37,217 nucleotides of DNA, from UHGV virus genome UHGV-0221952; one strand, 5' to 3'. The position numbers and the translations under genes were made by a program. The notes under the pieces were generated by a model, which made no database searches, had not been told where the DNA came from, and saw nothing but the letters and a program-made list of their open reading frames with translations. Source of the DNA: a virus. Positions 20,723-30,815 of this stretch are shown piece by piece. The first letter of the stretch is position 1. Each line of letters begins with the position of its first letter.

Positions 20723-23209
20723 CTATGCCGTTCTAACCCACATGTAGCAGGTTATATATGGCTGTAAGTTGCTATGTGCCTTGCCGCTACCAGTAGCAGT
20801 AGAAACGAAACCATCGCTTCCGTCCTTGATTGGATTTTTCGTTCTGAGCAATCCAAAACCGGTATCCGCATCTGTCACAACTCCATACCACTCTGGCTTT
20901 GGAACCTTATGTGTGTGAGATGGCATATGATCGACTGTAAGCGTTACGCTTTTAGATCCACCTGTCTTCTCTGCCTTGTTAAATTCCGTCTGTGATGTAT
21001 CTACACCAACTGGCACTCTTCCTTTTCCCCATTCAGCCCATGCTGTTCGCGGGAAAAGCTCCGAAGGATTTGTCGGATTTACAGACATATAAATTGCCCC
21101 AACAGGATAAACAAGATTAAAAAAGGACAGCGGAGGATCGAAGCCGTCTGCATCCAAACTCATCCTTTTTCTTTCTCCAGTCCGATAATCTTCGATATAG
21201 CAATAAATTCCATTTCCTGCCAGAAGTTGTGTCAATCGGTGTTCTTGCGGAGAAGAAGTCCATCCATCACCTTGCTTAAAGTACAAATCATCCGTTGCTA
21301 CAATAGCTCCCTTACTTATCTTAAGATTTACTTTGTGCTTTGCTTCCACAACGGTATTATCATCGATGTGGTGCGGCGAAATAAACTCATCGACACTTGT
21401 AAAATTCGCTCCAATAAAATCAAAACCTTTAAACGTCTCCGCCTCTATATTGGATGCTGTAAATTTAAACAGTCCCCAAGATGAGCCATCCCACCGGTAC
21501 ACAGCGCCTTGCACCCTACCACCAGAGGTGCCAGTGTTTTTCCACAGCATTCCTACATATGGATCAGCGGGCTCTATCTCGCTTTCTGTGACTCCTGTTG
21601 GATTTCCGTCTGCTCCGTTATCGCCGTGCACTCCGATAATAACTGGGGTTGTATTTATCGATGTGCCGTTTGTATAGGATGTGTTTTCATAACTCCAAAG
21701 ATACTTCTTTTCGGGTGTGATCTGCTGCATAGCGGTTGTCCATCCATCAGTACCTGTTGTGATGCCGGCATTTTGGGAAGATGCGAGATAATACTTTGTG
21801 ATGTCTTCGATGCCAACACCATTTTGCCCCGGCTCTCCGGGATTTCCTGGAGCACCGTCATCACCATTTTTTGACACCGAATACGATGTTGTACTGCTTC
21901 CGTCTGTGTAAGTAATAATTGTGCGAGTCCAAAGATACTTCCCAGCTCCTGCAAGAACTGGTTCTGGACTCCATGCCTCGAAAGGAACTTCCGTCCCGGA
22001 ATCTCCTGCTTGATAAGAAACATCCGAAGATTTTACACTTACAACTTGATTTTTAAAATCCTCTAGCAACTTTGATACATCCTTTGTCGGGTTGCTTGCA
22101 AGCAGTTTGTAATTTGCCAAAACACCAGTATCTTCGCCTTTTACAGTGTAGTGATTCTTGACAGATTGGATTCTTGCAGAGATATAAGTAGGCTCCGTGA
22201 AACTATGGTCTGCAACTTGTATCATATCGCCAATATCTGCCTGTAAGTCATACAGCTCTGCCTCATAAGCGACTTTCTTCTCGTTTTTCGTCTTTAGCTC
22301 TGACAGCCCCCGATTAAATAGTTCCTGCGCATTGTCAGTATCATATTCAAATGTGCCGTTGATGTACCCTAAAAACTCAGTCTGCCCCTCATATCCGTAA
22401 GCTCTAAACCTAGACCACTTATCATGAGCCTCTCTGTCATAAATCTTCGTGTGTCCTTTAGGACTGTAATATCTACCATCATCATAAACTACATCTGCAA
22501 TCGTAAGTCTTTGGTGCGTTTCTTCGTTTTCTTTTCCAAAACATCTCATGCAAGTACATAGATCTTCGATAGATTCATTTCTGCTGAGTGCAACAAGGTT
22601 TTGTCCATCCACAAATCGCTGATTTGTAAAATCCTCTCCGAGAGACTGATAGATATTTACAACTTGCTTTACCACTTTCGAGCCTTCCATGATAATTTCA
22701 AAATCGCATTCTGCCTCGAAAGTATTCATGATCATTCCGATTCTGGCCAGTTGGCTGTCAGTCAGACTGGTGTATTTTGTTGCACGCTTTCTGTCTACAA
22801 TTTCGTTGATTCCGATTGTCCACCCAGTATCTCCTAAGACTCTATCTAGTGTTGTGGCAACCGGTTCTGGATTTCCAGTAGTATCCCATTCCTCCGCATC
22901 CTCATTGATCAAATCAAGTCCAATGTCCTCACAGTGGACAGATAACTCCGAGCTTCCCTCTACTGTCATAATCGTGTACAATCGGTGCTTTCCATATTTA
23001 TCAATAAAGGCAATATAGTTTCCAACTTTAACATGCTCGGAATCCTTATGATTAGCGATCGTATCAAAATCATAAGTACCAGTCGCTACGTTATTGGAAA
23101 TACTAATCTCCTGCCCTCCGGAGCTATCGTCAATTGGTAAGCTTCCTTCTGCATCTGTCGACGGATTCGCAAGCACGTTCATATCCCTTCCTATAATAAA
23201 CCACTGCAT
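20723..23209 (-). CDS. Tail spike / Tal-RBP fusion with collagen-like segments and baseplate-type C-terminal domain
   Basis: Follows Dit; GxY repeats between WTRT/LWSY modules; YPVGAIYMSV…GRVPVGVD…HSNLQPYITCYMWVRTA. Confidence 0.88.
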   Translation of the reverse strand: MQWFIIGRDMNVLANPSTDAEGSLPIDDSSGGQEISISNNVATGTYDFDTIANHKDSEHVKVGNYIAFIDKYGKHRLYTIMTVEGSSELSVHCEDIGLDLINEDAEEWDTTGNPEPVATTLDRVLGDTGWTIGINEIVDRKRATKYTSLTDSQLARIGMIMNTFEAECDFEIIMEGSKVVKQVVNIYQSLGEDFTNQRFVDGQNLVALSRNESIEDLCTCMRCFGKENEETHQRLTIADVVYDDGRYYSPKGHTKIYDREAHDKWSRFRAYGYEGQTEFLGYINGTFEYDTDNAQELFNRGLSELKTKNEKKVAYEAELYDLQADIGDMIQVADHSFTEPTYISARIQSVKNHYTVKGEDTGVLANYKLLASNPTKDVSKLLEDFKNQVVSVKSSDVSYQAGDSGTEVPFEAWSPEPVLAGAGKYLWTRTIITYTDGSSTTSYSVSKNGDDGAPGNPGEPGQNGVGIEDITKYYLASSQNAGITTGTDGWTTAMQQITPEKKYLWSYENTSYTNGTSINTTPVIIGVHGDNGADGNPTGVTESEIEPADPYVGMLWKNTGTSGGRVQGAVYRWDGSSWGLFKFTASNIEAETFKGFDFIGANFTSVDEFISPHHIDDNTVVEAKHKVNLKISKGAIVATDDLYFKQGDGWTSSPQEHRLTQLLAGNGIYCYIEDYRTGERKRMSLDADGFDPPLSFFNLVYPVGAIYMSVNPTNPSELFPRTAWAEWGKGRVPVGVDTSQTEFNKAEKTGGSKSVTLTVDHMPSHTHKVPKPEWYGVVTDADTGFGLLRTKNPIKDGSDGFVSTATGSGKAHSNLQPYITCYMWVRTA

Positions 23210-23210
23210 A

Positions 23211-24737
23211 TTATCCCCACCTTTCTCTGTATGTCACTTCTACATCTGGCATTGTCGCAAACTCAGACACTGCTATGCCAAGTGCATGCTCTCCCGGAGG
23301 TAAGAGCAATACTTCGCTACCAATATCCACACGATCCCAGTTTTTAATATCGTTTATAAACAACTCGTTAGTTTCCCCAACAAGTTCCACCACATCGCCG
23401 CTTTGCAAAAAATTCGGAATGTCATAATAATACTTTACATTATGTTTCGTCACATTTAGCGCACGGATATTATTGTTTGTAATTGCTCTCCTGCCTTGAT
23501 ATGCTGCGCAATACCAAGTCACTTTCTTTAGTTTGGCATTCGGTTTGTTTGTAAAAAATGTCTTTTGCAGTCCATCTTTGCTGAATGCTACTGTGATTTT
23601 ACTCCCGATTTTTTCCACAACCATAAACGGACCACCATCATTTCGCCCAGTGACGTAAAAATCAGTCGTTTCTCTTGTATCCCAAACTCGTTTATTATCG
23701 ATGTAAATTGCCATATCTGACCGCTCCGCAACCGGGTTATTGTCCTCAAACACGATAGAGCAGATCACATTGTCATTCTCGTCTGCGAACGTCACTGAAT
23801 TATGACCTACCTCGACTGGCTTATTCGGTGATCCATCCGTATTCAAATCGAATCTCCATTCTGCACGCCAATTTGTGGGCAATCCCCCGCTTGTAGATGG
23901 AATCATCTTGGTAAGAGACGGACCATGCCAACTTTTGCCTGTACCGTAAGCTGTGGCTTTTACAAATCCTTCGTTCTGCGATGGATTTTCTGTTGTATAT
24001 CCAACTGTACCCACTTGCAATCTCTCATGCGTAACTGGTGGAGTTACGCCATTATTTAATATCCATCCTCTATCCTGCGTAAAATGATCGTCAAATAGTT
24101 TTACGGACTTTTCCTTCATCTCCCCGTCTACTTCTCCGGGATTTCCTACCTGATAAAAACGATCTTCCAATACCAACCCAAGATACCCATTCTCTGACCT
24201 CATCTTGCTTCTTACTGTAATCGGTACCGGCTTGTTTCCTGTGTTGACCAGAGTTATCGTCTTGCCACCATTGTTTTTCGCTGTTTTGACTTGATTAGAA
24301 TACTTGTAAGGGTCTGCACAGTAAAAAGAGAAGCTACTTTTTACACTTAAAAGACCTGGATCTACAGAATCTACATCGCTTTTCGTGCCGATAAAGTACT
24401 TATCCGGCTCATCATTAAAAATGAGTTTCGCCTGCTCTTGATCGAGAAGCGATGTAAGCTTATTAAACTTTTCGCGGAAAGAAGCCGGAGAATCGGCGGC
24501 AAGGGAATAATGAACCGTAATAACACGGACTGGATCCCTTTTGTCCTGATATTTGCTTCCACTTTGGAAACCAATTTGAAAATCACTTACCTCTGTTTCA
24601 AGTAATTCCCTGCCTTCCACCTGCAAGGTGCGGTATCCCTCAATTTCATTTTCGATATACTTTCCATTAATACTCATAGCCTCAGAGGGGAGATTTTTGC
24701 CCCTCTGATACTCATTCACATCTATAAAGCTATACAT
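23211..24737 (-). CDS. Distal tail protein (evolved Dit with inserted domain)
   Basis: LIFNDEPDKYF, FYCADPYKYS, YRERW; 508 aa implies an insertion. Confidence 0.9.
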   Translation of the reverse strand: MYSFIDVNEYQRGKNLPSEAMSINGKYIENEIEGYRTLQVEGRELLETEVSDFQIGFQSGSKYQDKRDPVRVITVHYSLAADSPASFREKFNKLTSLLDQEQAKLIFNDEPDKYFIGTKSDVDSVDPGLLSVKSSFSFYCADPYKYSNQVKTAKNNGGKTITLVNTGNKPVPITVRSKMRSENGYLGLVLEDRFYQVGNPGEVDGEMKEKSVKLFDDHFTQDRGWILNNGVTPPVTHERLQVGTVGYTTENPSQNEGFVKATAYGTGKSWHGPSLTKMIPSTSGGLPTNWRAEWRFDLNTDGSPNKPVEVGHNSVTFADENDNVICSIVFEDNNPVAERSDMAIYIDNKRVWDTRETTDFYVTGRNDGGPFMVVEKIGSKITVAFSKDGLQKTFFTNKPNAKLKKVTWYCAAYQGRRAITNNNIRALNVTKHNVKYYYDIPNFLQSGDVVELVGETNELFINDIKNWDRVDIGSEVLLLPPGEHALGIAVSEFATMPDVEVTYRERWG

Positions 24738-27700
24738 TTCTGTATCCCTGCCTTCTCATTTTTCTCTTTTCCAGCTTCTCAAGCTCATCCTGCGTATAAA
24801 CTGCTGTTGCTTTAGCAATTTCCTTTCCATCCAGTTCAGACGTGACCACAAAGGTGTATGTGACGTTTCCGCGGTAATTATATTCATCGGATAATTCCCT
24901 GCCTCCGGACGAACTGCTTACATGCGTATTTCTTACTGTGTCTACACTTGCAATCGTAGGTGCGTCTATACTGCGGTCCATCGCATAAGTAAGACCGTAA
25001 GTCGCTGCCATCGGTTCCATTACCGTTTCCGCCGGAATAATACTTCTCGTCTTTGGCATGCTTGCCCTAGCTGCCGCCGCTGAACTTGCAGCTGCGGACA
25101 TCTGTGCGGCGATTGATTGAATCCTGCCAAGACTTGCTGCCAATCCATTCGCAAAATTAACACCGATACTTAATCCGCTACTATACGCACCCGGAGCTGC
25201 GCTGCTTAATGCCGCTACAATCGACACCGACATCATATTAGCTGTTGCGATTGCTCTGCTTGCGCCAGAAGATAAAGCAGAATTAAATCGACTCATCGTT
25301 TGATTTGCAATATTTGGAAGAGGTTGAAGCCCTTTTGTAACTCCATCTTTTACTCCGTCTCCCATCTTTTGCCCAGCGTTCCTTGCTCTTCCTGCACCAT
25401 CGTTAAATGCGCTCACAAGGGAGTTTACTGCGCTCTTAGCTTTATTTCCAAGTGCATCCAATCCATCATTTACAATGCTGACAGAATCTTTCATGCTTGT
25501 GATAGATTTCTGCGCTGACTTCGCATTCTTAGAAATGGATTTCATGCTTGAATTTACGGATAAAAGAGCTGCCGCCATTGCCAATGTTCCTACACTTCCC
25601 GCGAGCATTGCTACTCCAAATGCAGTGATTCCGACTGTTGCCGCTAATGATAAAGCAGCAAGCAATGTAAAGGACGTTGTAAGCAATAACATTGATGCAC
25701 CTAGTGCTACTGATACCGCCATTAAAGCACTAAATCCTGCCACACCCAATAACGCGCCTGCCGCCACAAGTGGAAGTGCCACTGCCACGATCATGATACT
25801 AGATGCAACAAGTGAAAGTCCTGCCCCGAGTACCAGTGTTCCTGCTGCCAACAACATCATACCTGCTGCTGTCACAATAACCGCTGTCCCCACCAAAGCA
25901 AGCCCCGCTCCTACGACCATAAGTCCGGCACCAAGGATAATACTTCCCGCTCCTGCGAGCGTTGCTCCTGCTGCAAAAGCCATCATCGCAAGGGATAATT
26001 GCAAAATTGCCGTAGCACCCGCTGTGCCATAAGCTGTCACAATCGGAAGTACCGCAGCTACCACTGCAAGCGCAGCTCCTGCCAGCAATGCTCCGACTCC
26101 AACCAGTAGTGCTGCGGCTCCAAATGCAACCAGTCCGATTGAAGCTGCTGTAAGAGCTGGTCCCACTGCTGCTGCCACAACCATCAAGGCGCCGATTGCC
26201 ACAATCAGGCCAAACATCACTCCGACAGCTAAAGGTCCTGCATTTGCTAAAGATATAGATGCAGTAGTTAATAACATCATTCCTGCTGCCGCCACAAGGA
26301 CTGCTGCGCCGAAAGCAAGCAAGCCGACAGCTCCTGCGGTCAATGCCGGTCCTACCATTTTTGCAACAATCATAAGACCTGCGATTGCCGCTACCATACC
26401 AACCATCACACCAATTGCAAGTGGTCCCGCACTGGCAAGATTAATTGCTGCACTGGATAAGACATAAAAAGCGGCGCTCACCATCAATAAACTCGCCCCA
26501 AAAGCAATCATCGCTTTTGACATTACTGCAAGTTTTTTCGTTCCGCCAGACATTGTAGATAACATTTTCATCATTCCGAGTCCAAGCCCCGCTACAACTG
26601 CCACGAGTCCTGCGAGTACACCCACCGCCAATGGTCCTGAATCTGCTACCGCTTTTGCACCCTGAGCAAGCAAGAAGAATCCTCCACTGATTAAAGCAAC
26701 TCCGGCACCAAGCATCATGAACGACTTTGCAGATGCTATCATTTTTTTAGAACTTGACGAACTGCTTTTACCGACTGCTTCTTGCCCTTTAGAGATTCCG
26801 AACAATTTTCCTGCGATTTTACTTATTCCTGCCCCTGCAAGACCTGCAATCGCACTCGTAAATACTCCTACAAACGGAGCAACACTTTTTACAATCTTAA
26901 AGCCCTTATATGCAACGACAAGTTTAGGAATCTGAGGAATCACTTTTGCGATAACTTCCGAGTGCTCCTCTAGAAAGCCCGCAAATGTTTGCAAAGCACC
27001 GCTTGCGGAATCCATTACACTAGCAAAAGAACCGATACTTTCCGTAGAGCCAAACGCACCAGTAACCTTTCCAAGATCTTTCCCGATCGCCGAAAACGCA
27101 TCTCCGAAAGCAGCCTTTACTTCGGAAGCCTCTGTTTTCAAAACATTCCAGTACCCGCTTGCTTTATCAAGAAATGAAGTTAATTTCCCGGCGATTGCAT
27201 CCCCATCCATTTCTCCGAACTTATTAATAATTCCGTCCAAAGACTTGATTGCTCGACCAGACAAAATGTCGAATGACGGCGCCAGTTTATTACTTACTGT
27301 TTCGGTCAGACCATCCATCGCCTGATCTACTGTCTTGTATTCTGTTGCAAGCTTCGTGAATGCATCGTTTGTGCCAACTTTCGCAATCGCATCGAAGAAA
27401 TCTTCTGTCGCAATTGTTCCGGCTTGCACATTTTGCACAAGCTCTGTGGTTGACATTCCCATTTCCTTTGCCACCGCTGCAATACCAGCCGGAGTCTGCT
27501 CAATCATGAGCTTAAAATCCGCCCATGCAACTGCCGGCTTTGCCGCCATCTGCGTGGCTTGCTGACTTAAGGTTTTCATTGCCTGCTTTGGGTTCTCTGC
27601 CGCAGCTGCTAATCCTCCAAAGCCTTTTACAAGCTTGTTCGTGCTCTTAATACCTACCGCACTCAACTGCGCATAGGTACTTGCCATATCAGATGCGCTG

Positions 27701-28020
27701 TAAATTGTATCTTCTGCAAACTCCTGCAACTCTTTTTTTACAGATGAGATCTCGTCCGCACCTTTTCCGAGCATCGACATATTGCCATTAAAAGTCTTCC
27801 ATGCAGCACTTGACGAATTGAGTTCTGACACCATGCCGCCGATTCCGGATGTAATCGTTCCAAGCGCTTTTTGCCCGATTCCTGCCATAATGCCGAAACC
27901 AAGACCACTTGTCAAAGTACTTCTAAGGCTGTTCGCCGAGGACATCGCCGACTTAAAAGCCGATGTAAATCCTCTGTCCTGCGCCGATAATATCGCCTTC
28001 ACAGAATAGCTTTCTGCCAT
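24730..28020 (-). CDS. Tape measure protein
   Basis: MAESYSVKAILSAQD, tape-measure domain (TIYSASDMASTYAQL), long Ala/Gly hydrophobic repeats. Confidence 0.95.
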   Translation of the reverse strand: MAESYSVKAILSAQDRGFTSAFKSAMSSANSLRSTLTSGLGFGIMAGIGQKALGTITSGIGGMVSELNSSSAAWKTFNGNMSMLGKGADEISSVKKELQEFAEDTIYSASDMASTYAQLSAVGIKSTNKLVKGFGGLAAAAENPKQAMKTLSQQATQMAAKPAVAWADFKLMIEQTPAGIAAVAKEMGMSTTELVQNVQAGTIATEDFFDAIAKVGTNDAFTKLATEYKTVDQAMDGLTETVSNKLAPSFDILSGRAIKSLDGIINKFGEMDGDAIAGKLTSFLDKASGYWNVLKTEASEVKAAFGDAFSAIGKDLGKVTGAFGSTESIGSFASVMDSASGALQTFAGFLEEHSEVIAKVIPQIPKLVVAYKGFKIVKSVAPFVGVFTSAIAGLAGAGISKIAGKLFGISKGQEAVGKSSSSSSKKMIASAKSFMMLGAGVALISGGFFLLAQGAKAVADSGPLAVGVLAGLVAVVAGLGLGMMKMLSTMSGGTKKLAVMSKAMIAFGASLLMVSAAFYVLSSAAINLASAGPLAIGVMVGMVAAIAGLMIVAKMVGPALTAGAVGLLAFGAAVLVAAAGMMLLTTASISLANAGPLAVGVMFGLIVAIGALMVVAAAVGPALTAASIGLVAFGAAALLVGVGALLAGAALAVVAAVLPIVTAYGTAGATAILQLSLAMMAFAAGATLAGAGSIILGAGLMVVGAGLALVGTAVIVTAAGMMLLAAGTLVLGAGLSLVASSIMIVAVALPLVAAGALLGVAGFSALMAVSVALGASMLLLTTSFTLLAALSLAATVGITAFGVAMLAGSVGTLAMAAALLSVNSSMKSISKNAKSAQKSITSMKDSVSIVNDGLDALGNKAKSAVNSLVSAFNDGAGRARNAGQKMGDGVKDGVTKGLQPLPNIANQTMSRFNSALSSGASRAIATANMMSVSIVAALSSAAPGAYSSGLSIGVNFANGLAASLGRIQSIAAQMSAAASSAAAARASMPKTRSIIPAETVMEPMAATYGLTYAMDRSIDAPTIASVDTVRNTHVSSSSGGRELSDEYNYRGNVTYTFVVTSELDGKEIAKATAVYTQDELEKLEKRKMRRQGYRNV

Positions 28021-28024
28021 GTCA

Positions 28025-28483
28025 TCACTCTCCTTTCATCATCCTGCCGATTATATCCAATCTTTCGTTTTTTTGTTTTCGATTCTTTACGCGATCCACT
28101 TCTTTTTCGTAGTCAAAGAATTTCCTAAATCTTTGGTAAACTGGCTTCGTCTTTCCTTTTCCCACTTTCTTCTCTGCTTTTACAGCGAAATTTAAAAAGG
28201 CTTGCAGGTGATTACGGTAATCCTTATCTACCTCTTTTAATTGCACAGCCTCCATCAGTAAGTTGTATTCTGGGATTGTAAGCCGATCGACCTCATCAAA
28301 ACTTTTAAAATCAAGATACCGGAAGCAGTTTAAGGCTACTTCCTTGTAGGTATCCTCAAAGCTTAAGCCATCAGTTCCCGCTTTCTCGCTTCTTCCGCTT
28401 CCATCTTCTGTTTCTCTTTCTTCAGTGTCTCTACGATCTCGTTCGTGGCTTTTTTGGTAGCATTCGCATTCTTTAAGAAACCC
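28025..28483 (-). CDS. Tail assembly chaperone C-terminal (gpT-like) part, reached by -1 frameshift
   Basis: Slippery heptamer G GGT TTC at 28483-28477. The -1 frame is open from there to the stop at 28025. Confidence 0.75.
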   Translation of the reverse strand, partial: GFLKECECYQKSHERDRRDTEERETEDGSGRSEKAGTDGLSFEDTYKEVALNCFRYLDFKSFDEVDRLTIPEYNLLMEAVQLKEVDKDYRNHLQAFLNFAVKAEKKVGKGKTKPVYQRFRKFFDYEKEVDRVKNRKQKNERLDIIGRMMKGE

Positions 28484-28773
28484 ATGACAGTGTCTGTCAA
28501 TTCATCAATGTCTGTATCCTCATCATCGATGTGATCGTCGAGTAAGTTTCTTGTTACTCTTGGGTTCTGCCCTTTGTTCGCAACATCAAGGATATTTACC
28601 AGCGCATCCGGATCACCATTGACCAGATTCATAAGAGCATACCGGAATCCCACATCTTTTTTCACTCCTGGTAATCCATCCACTGGCATATTTGTCTGTT
28701 TATTGATTTCTCTTAAAAATCCCATTCCAAAGTTAAATTGATATACCTGACCTTTAATTGTTAATTCCATCAT
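28363..28773 (-). CDS. Tail assembly chaperone (gpG-like)
   Basis: MELTIKGQVYQFNFGMGFLREIN; between the major tail and tape measure genes. Confidence 0.9.
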   Translation of the reverse strand: MMELTIKGQVYQFNFGMGFLREINKQTNMPVDGLPGVKKDVGFRYALMNLVNGDPDALVNILDVANKGQNPRVTRNLLDDHIDDEDTDIDELTDTVMGFLKNANATKKATNEIVETLKKEKQKMEAEEARKRELMA

Positions 28774-28791
28774 ATTTTCTTTACCTCCATC

Positions 28792-28818
28792 AAAAAGAGA
28801 GCAGTCTTGCCGCTCTCT
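28792..28818 (-). terminator. Terminator after the major tail gene
   Basis: AGAGAGCGG…CTGCTCTCT-TTTT. Confidence 0.75.
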
Positions 28819-28897
28819 ATGTACACATTCTATTGCTTGTCCGCTTTTGCCTTACTCTTTTTCCCTCTACCAATCAAGGCGGTATCACTAGAGGGAA

Positions 28898-29422
28898 TTA
28901 CGATTCCTGCGTAGTATCCTTAAATACATAGGCTGCTACTTCCTGCTGCTGCGTAGTCACTGTGACATCCCCTCTCTTACCTGATCCATTAATACCAAAA
29001 GTAAGAGATACTTCCACATTTTCTTCTGCAGAAGATGTGATTTCTACCTCTGTAAGGTATCCCTGGAAGTACATCCCTTTGAATTTATTCGGTCCCGGTT
29101 CTGCTGAATCTTCAAGATTCGCTTCCCAAATTTCGATAAGTTTATCACTGTCCATAGCATCTTCGAGCTCAGCAATCAGCTTATCTCCTTTGGATAATAC
29201 GGCTTTTGCAGTAATTTCTGTCTCTGCAGCTCCCGGTGTACGGATAGAGCCGTCTTTGGTAGCCGTAGACTCTGCATCCTTACTTTTTGTTCTTCCATTT
29301 TCTGTTGTGAATGCAAGATTTTTTGCAGCTTCTGTTTTTGCTTTTTCTGCAAGGCGGTACAGATAAACGATTTTCTTACCAGCTACCGCCTCTGCAAATA
29401 ACTGTAAACCTGTCTTAAACAT
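28898..29422 (-). CDS. Major tail protein, TP901-1 family
   Basis: GKKIVYLYR…AFTTE…TATKDG…EIWE…YFQGY; N-terminal LQLFA. Confidence 0.92.
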   Translation of the reverse strand: MFKTGLQLFAEAVAGKKIVYLYRLAEKAKTEAAKNLAFTTENGRTKSKDAESTATKDGSIRTPGAAETEITAKAVLSKGDKLIAELEDAMDSDKLIEIWEANLEDSAEPGPNKFKGMYFQGYLTEVEITSSAEENVEVSLTFGINGSGKRGDVTVTTQQQEVAAYVFKDTTQES

Positions 29423-29436
29423 GCTTTTTCTCCTCT

Positions 29437-29820
29437 CTAACTAAAACTAAATTCTATTTCTAACAGCCCGTGTAAGAGCGGCTGTTTCGTGGTCTTATCC
29501 GGTAAAATCCTTTGATTTACATTCCGGACATCCCATGCAAAATTATCGGTGCGTTCCAATTTTCTGCATGTATTTTTAATCGCCAACAACATTTTTGATA
29601 CCGTACCTCTGCGTTTTGGATTATCACACCAAATATGGATTGTCTGATGGACACTGCCAAAGACAGCGGTCTTATTTGCTTCATCAATCTGTTGACTGTC
29701 TGCGAGATAAACAAAAGGATACGGCGTACCATCTGGTGGCAAAAAGCCATCGTATACGTCATATCCTAATGCTTTGATCTCTGTAAGTAATTTCGTAAAT
29801 AATTCTTGCTGCGGATCCAT
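29437..29820 (-). CDS. Tail terminator / completion protein
   Basis: MDPQQELF…YDVYD…YPFV; synteny. Confidence 0.85.
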   Translation of the reverse strand: MDPQQELFTKLLTEIKALGYDVYDGFLPPDGTPYPFVYLADSQQIDEANKTAVFGSVHQTIHIWCDNPKRRGTVSKMLLAIKNTCRKLERTDNFAWDVRNVNQRILPDKTTKQPLLHGLLEIEFSFS

Positions 29821-29823
29821 ATA

Positions 29824-30192
29824 TCACCTCACAAGTTCTTTCAAATCTTTTTCAAACTGCTTTTTCTGTTCCTCGAATGCAGGCTTCAAAAACGGTTGAG
29901 CTTCCATAAAGCGGGTTCCAAGCTCTACATAAGGTGCATACTCGGCTGTCGGCTCTACTGTGGCAGTCATTCCACCGTCTGAAATTTCCAAGTTGATGCT
30001 TCGTCTTAAAGTACCTCCAATGTATCCAGGAATTCCTGTACTCTCTGGTGTTCCAACTGGTGCATTTCTTTTCGCTTTCTTCTCCATTCCAGAGCCATTC
30101 TTTTTTACAACAGTCTTCACTGCGCTCATATCCATTCTCTTCTTCAAGCCTTTATTCAGCTTTGCAATTCCCTCAAATTTAATTTCTGCCAC
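29824..30192 (-). CDS. HK97 gp10-like neck protein
   Basis: APV…GTLRRSI…YAPYVELGTRFMEAQPFLKPA. Confidence 0.92.
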   Translation of the reverse strand: MAEIKFEGIAKLNKGLKKRMDMSAVKTVVKKNGSGMEKKAKRNAPVGTPESTGIPGYIGGTLRRSINLEISDGGMTATVEPTAEYAPYVELGTRFMEAQPFLKPAFEEQKKQFEKDLKELVR

Positions 30193-30493
30193 TTTGCACC
30201 TCCGATATTACAAACACATGCTTCGCCCGCAGTTTTCGCTCAAAATCCACTCTGTATAGGGTGTTACCTATCCGGATACGGTCAAACGTTTTTTTATAGT
30301 GCATCTGTAATCGCACCGTCTTACTTCCCTGCTTTATAGCACCGTACACAAGATTCATCGTATCCGTGCCGGTATCTGTAACACTGGCATGTCTTTTTTC
30401 TTCCAGTACAGTATCTTCTTTATAGTCGCCAGTAGATTCGTCATACTCCCCCGGCGAGATTGACTGGAAGAAGACTTCTGTATCACATCTCAA
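30179..30493 (-). CDS. Head closure / head-tail adaptor
   Basis: Synteny; YDESTGDY. Confidence 0.8.
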   Translation of the reverse strand: MRCDTEVFFQSISPGEYDESTGDYKEDTVLEEKRHASVTDTGTDTMNLVYGAIKQGSKTVRLQMHYKKTFDRIRIGNTLYRVDFERKLRAKHVFVISEVQSGRN

Positions 30494-30810
30494 ATAAACC
30501 GCACCCTTCCTCGTTTCGATTCTTTCTGCGAGTCCAAAAATGCTTGAATTTCGTCCATGAATCCATCAAAATCATTATCATTGTAGGACATGCTTTCTCC
30601 TTCGACACTATGAGCTGACATCCCCTCTGATCCCAAACGATTAAACCGAATCACTGCCACTTCCATAACAATGTGATTCATTTCCGACGGCACTTCGATT
30701 CCTCCAAGCAGGAGCTTTAACCGCCCCTGCACAGATCTAAGAATCAGTTCCAGTTTCGAATCAAGAGAATCATCCTCGATTCCCAGAAGCTTTTTTAAAT
30801 CATCCAGCAT
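30490..30810 (-). CDS. Head-tail connector (gp15/gp6-like)
   Basis: MLDDLKKLLGI…EVAVIRFNRLGSEGM…SVEG. Confidence 0.9.
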   Translation of the reverse strand: MLDDLKKLLGIEDDSLDSKLELILRSVQGRLKLLLGGIEVPSEMNHIVMEVAVIRFNRLGSEGMSAHSVEGESMSYNDNDFDGFMDEIQAFLDSQKESKRGRVRFI

Positions 30811-30815
30811 ACTCT

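Noticed and set aside
20723..23209. Diversity-generating retroelement or invertible tail-fibre shufflon
   Set aside because: No reverse transcriptase, no template/variable repeat pair noticed, no invertase and no inverted fibre cassettes.
28830..28900. Possible frameshift extension of the major tail protein (VIPSSDTALIGRGKKSKAKADKQ in the -1 frame)
   Set aside because: The frame is open and fills the gap to the terminator, but I see no slippery sequence near the stop. It may be a relic.
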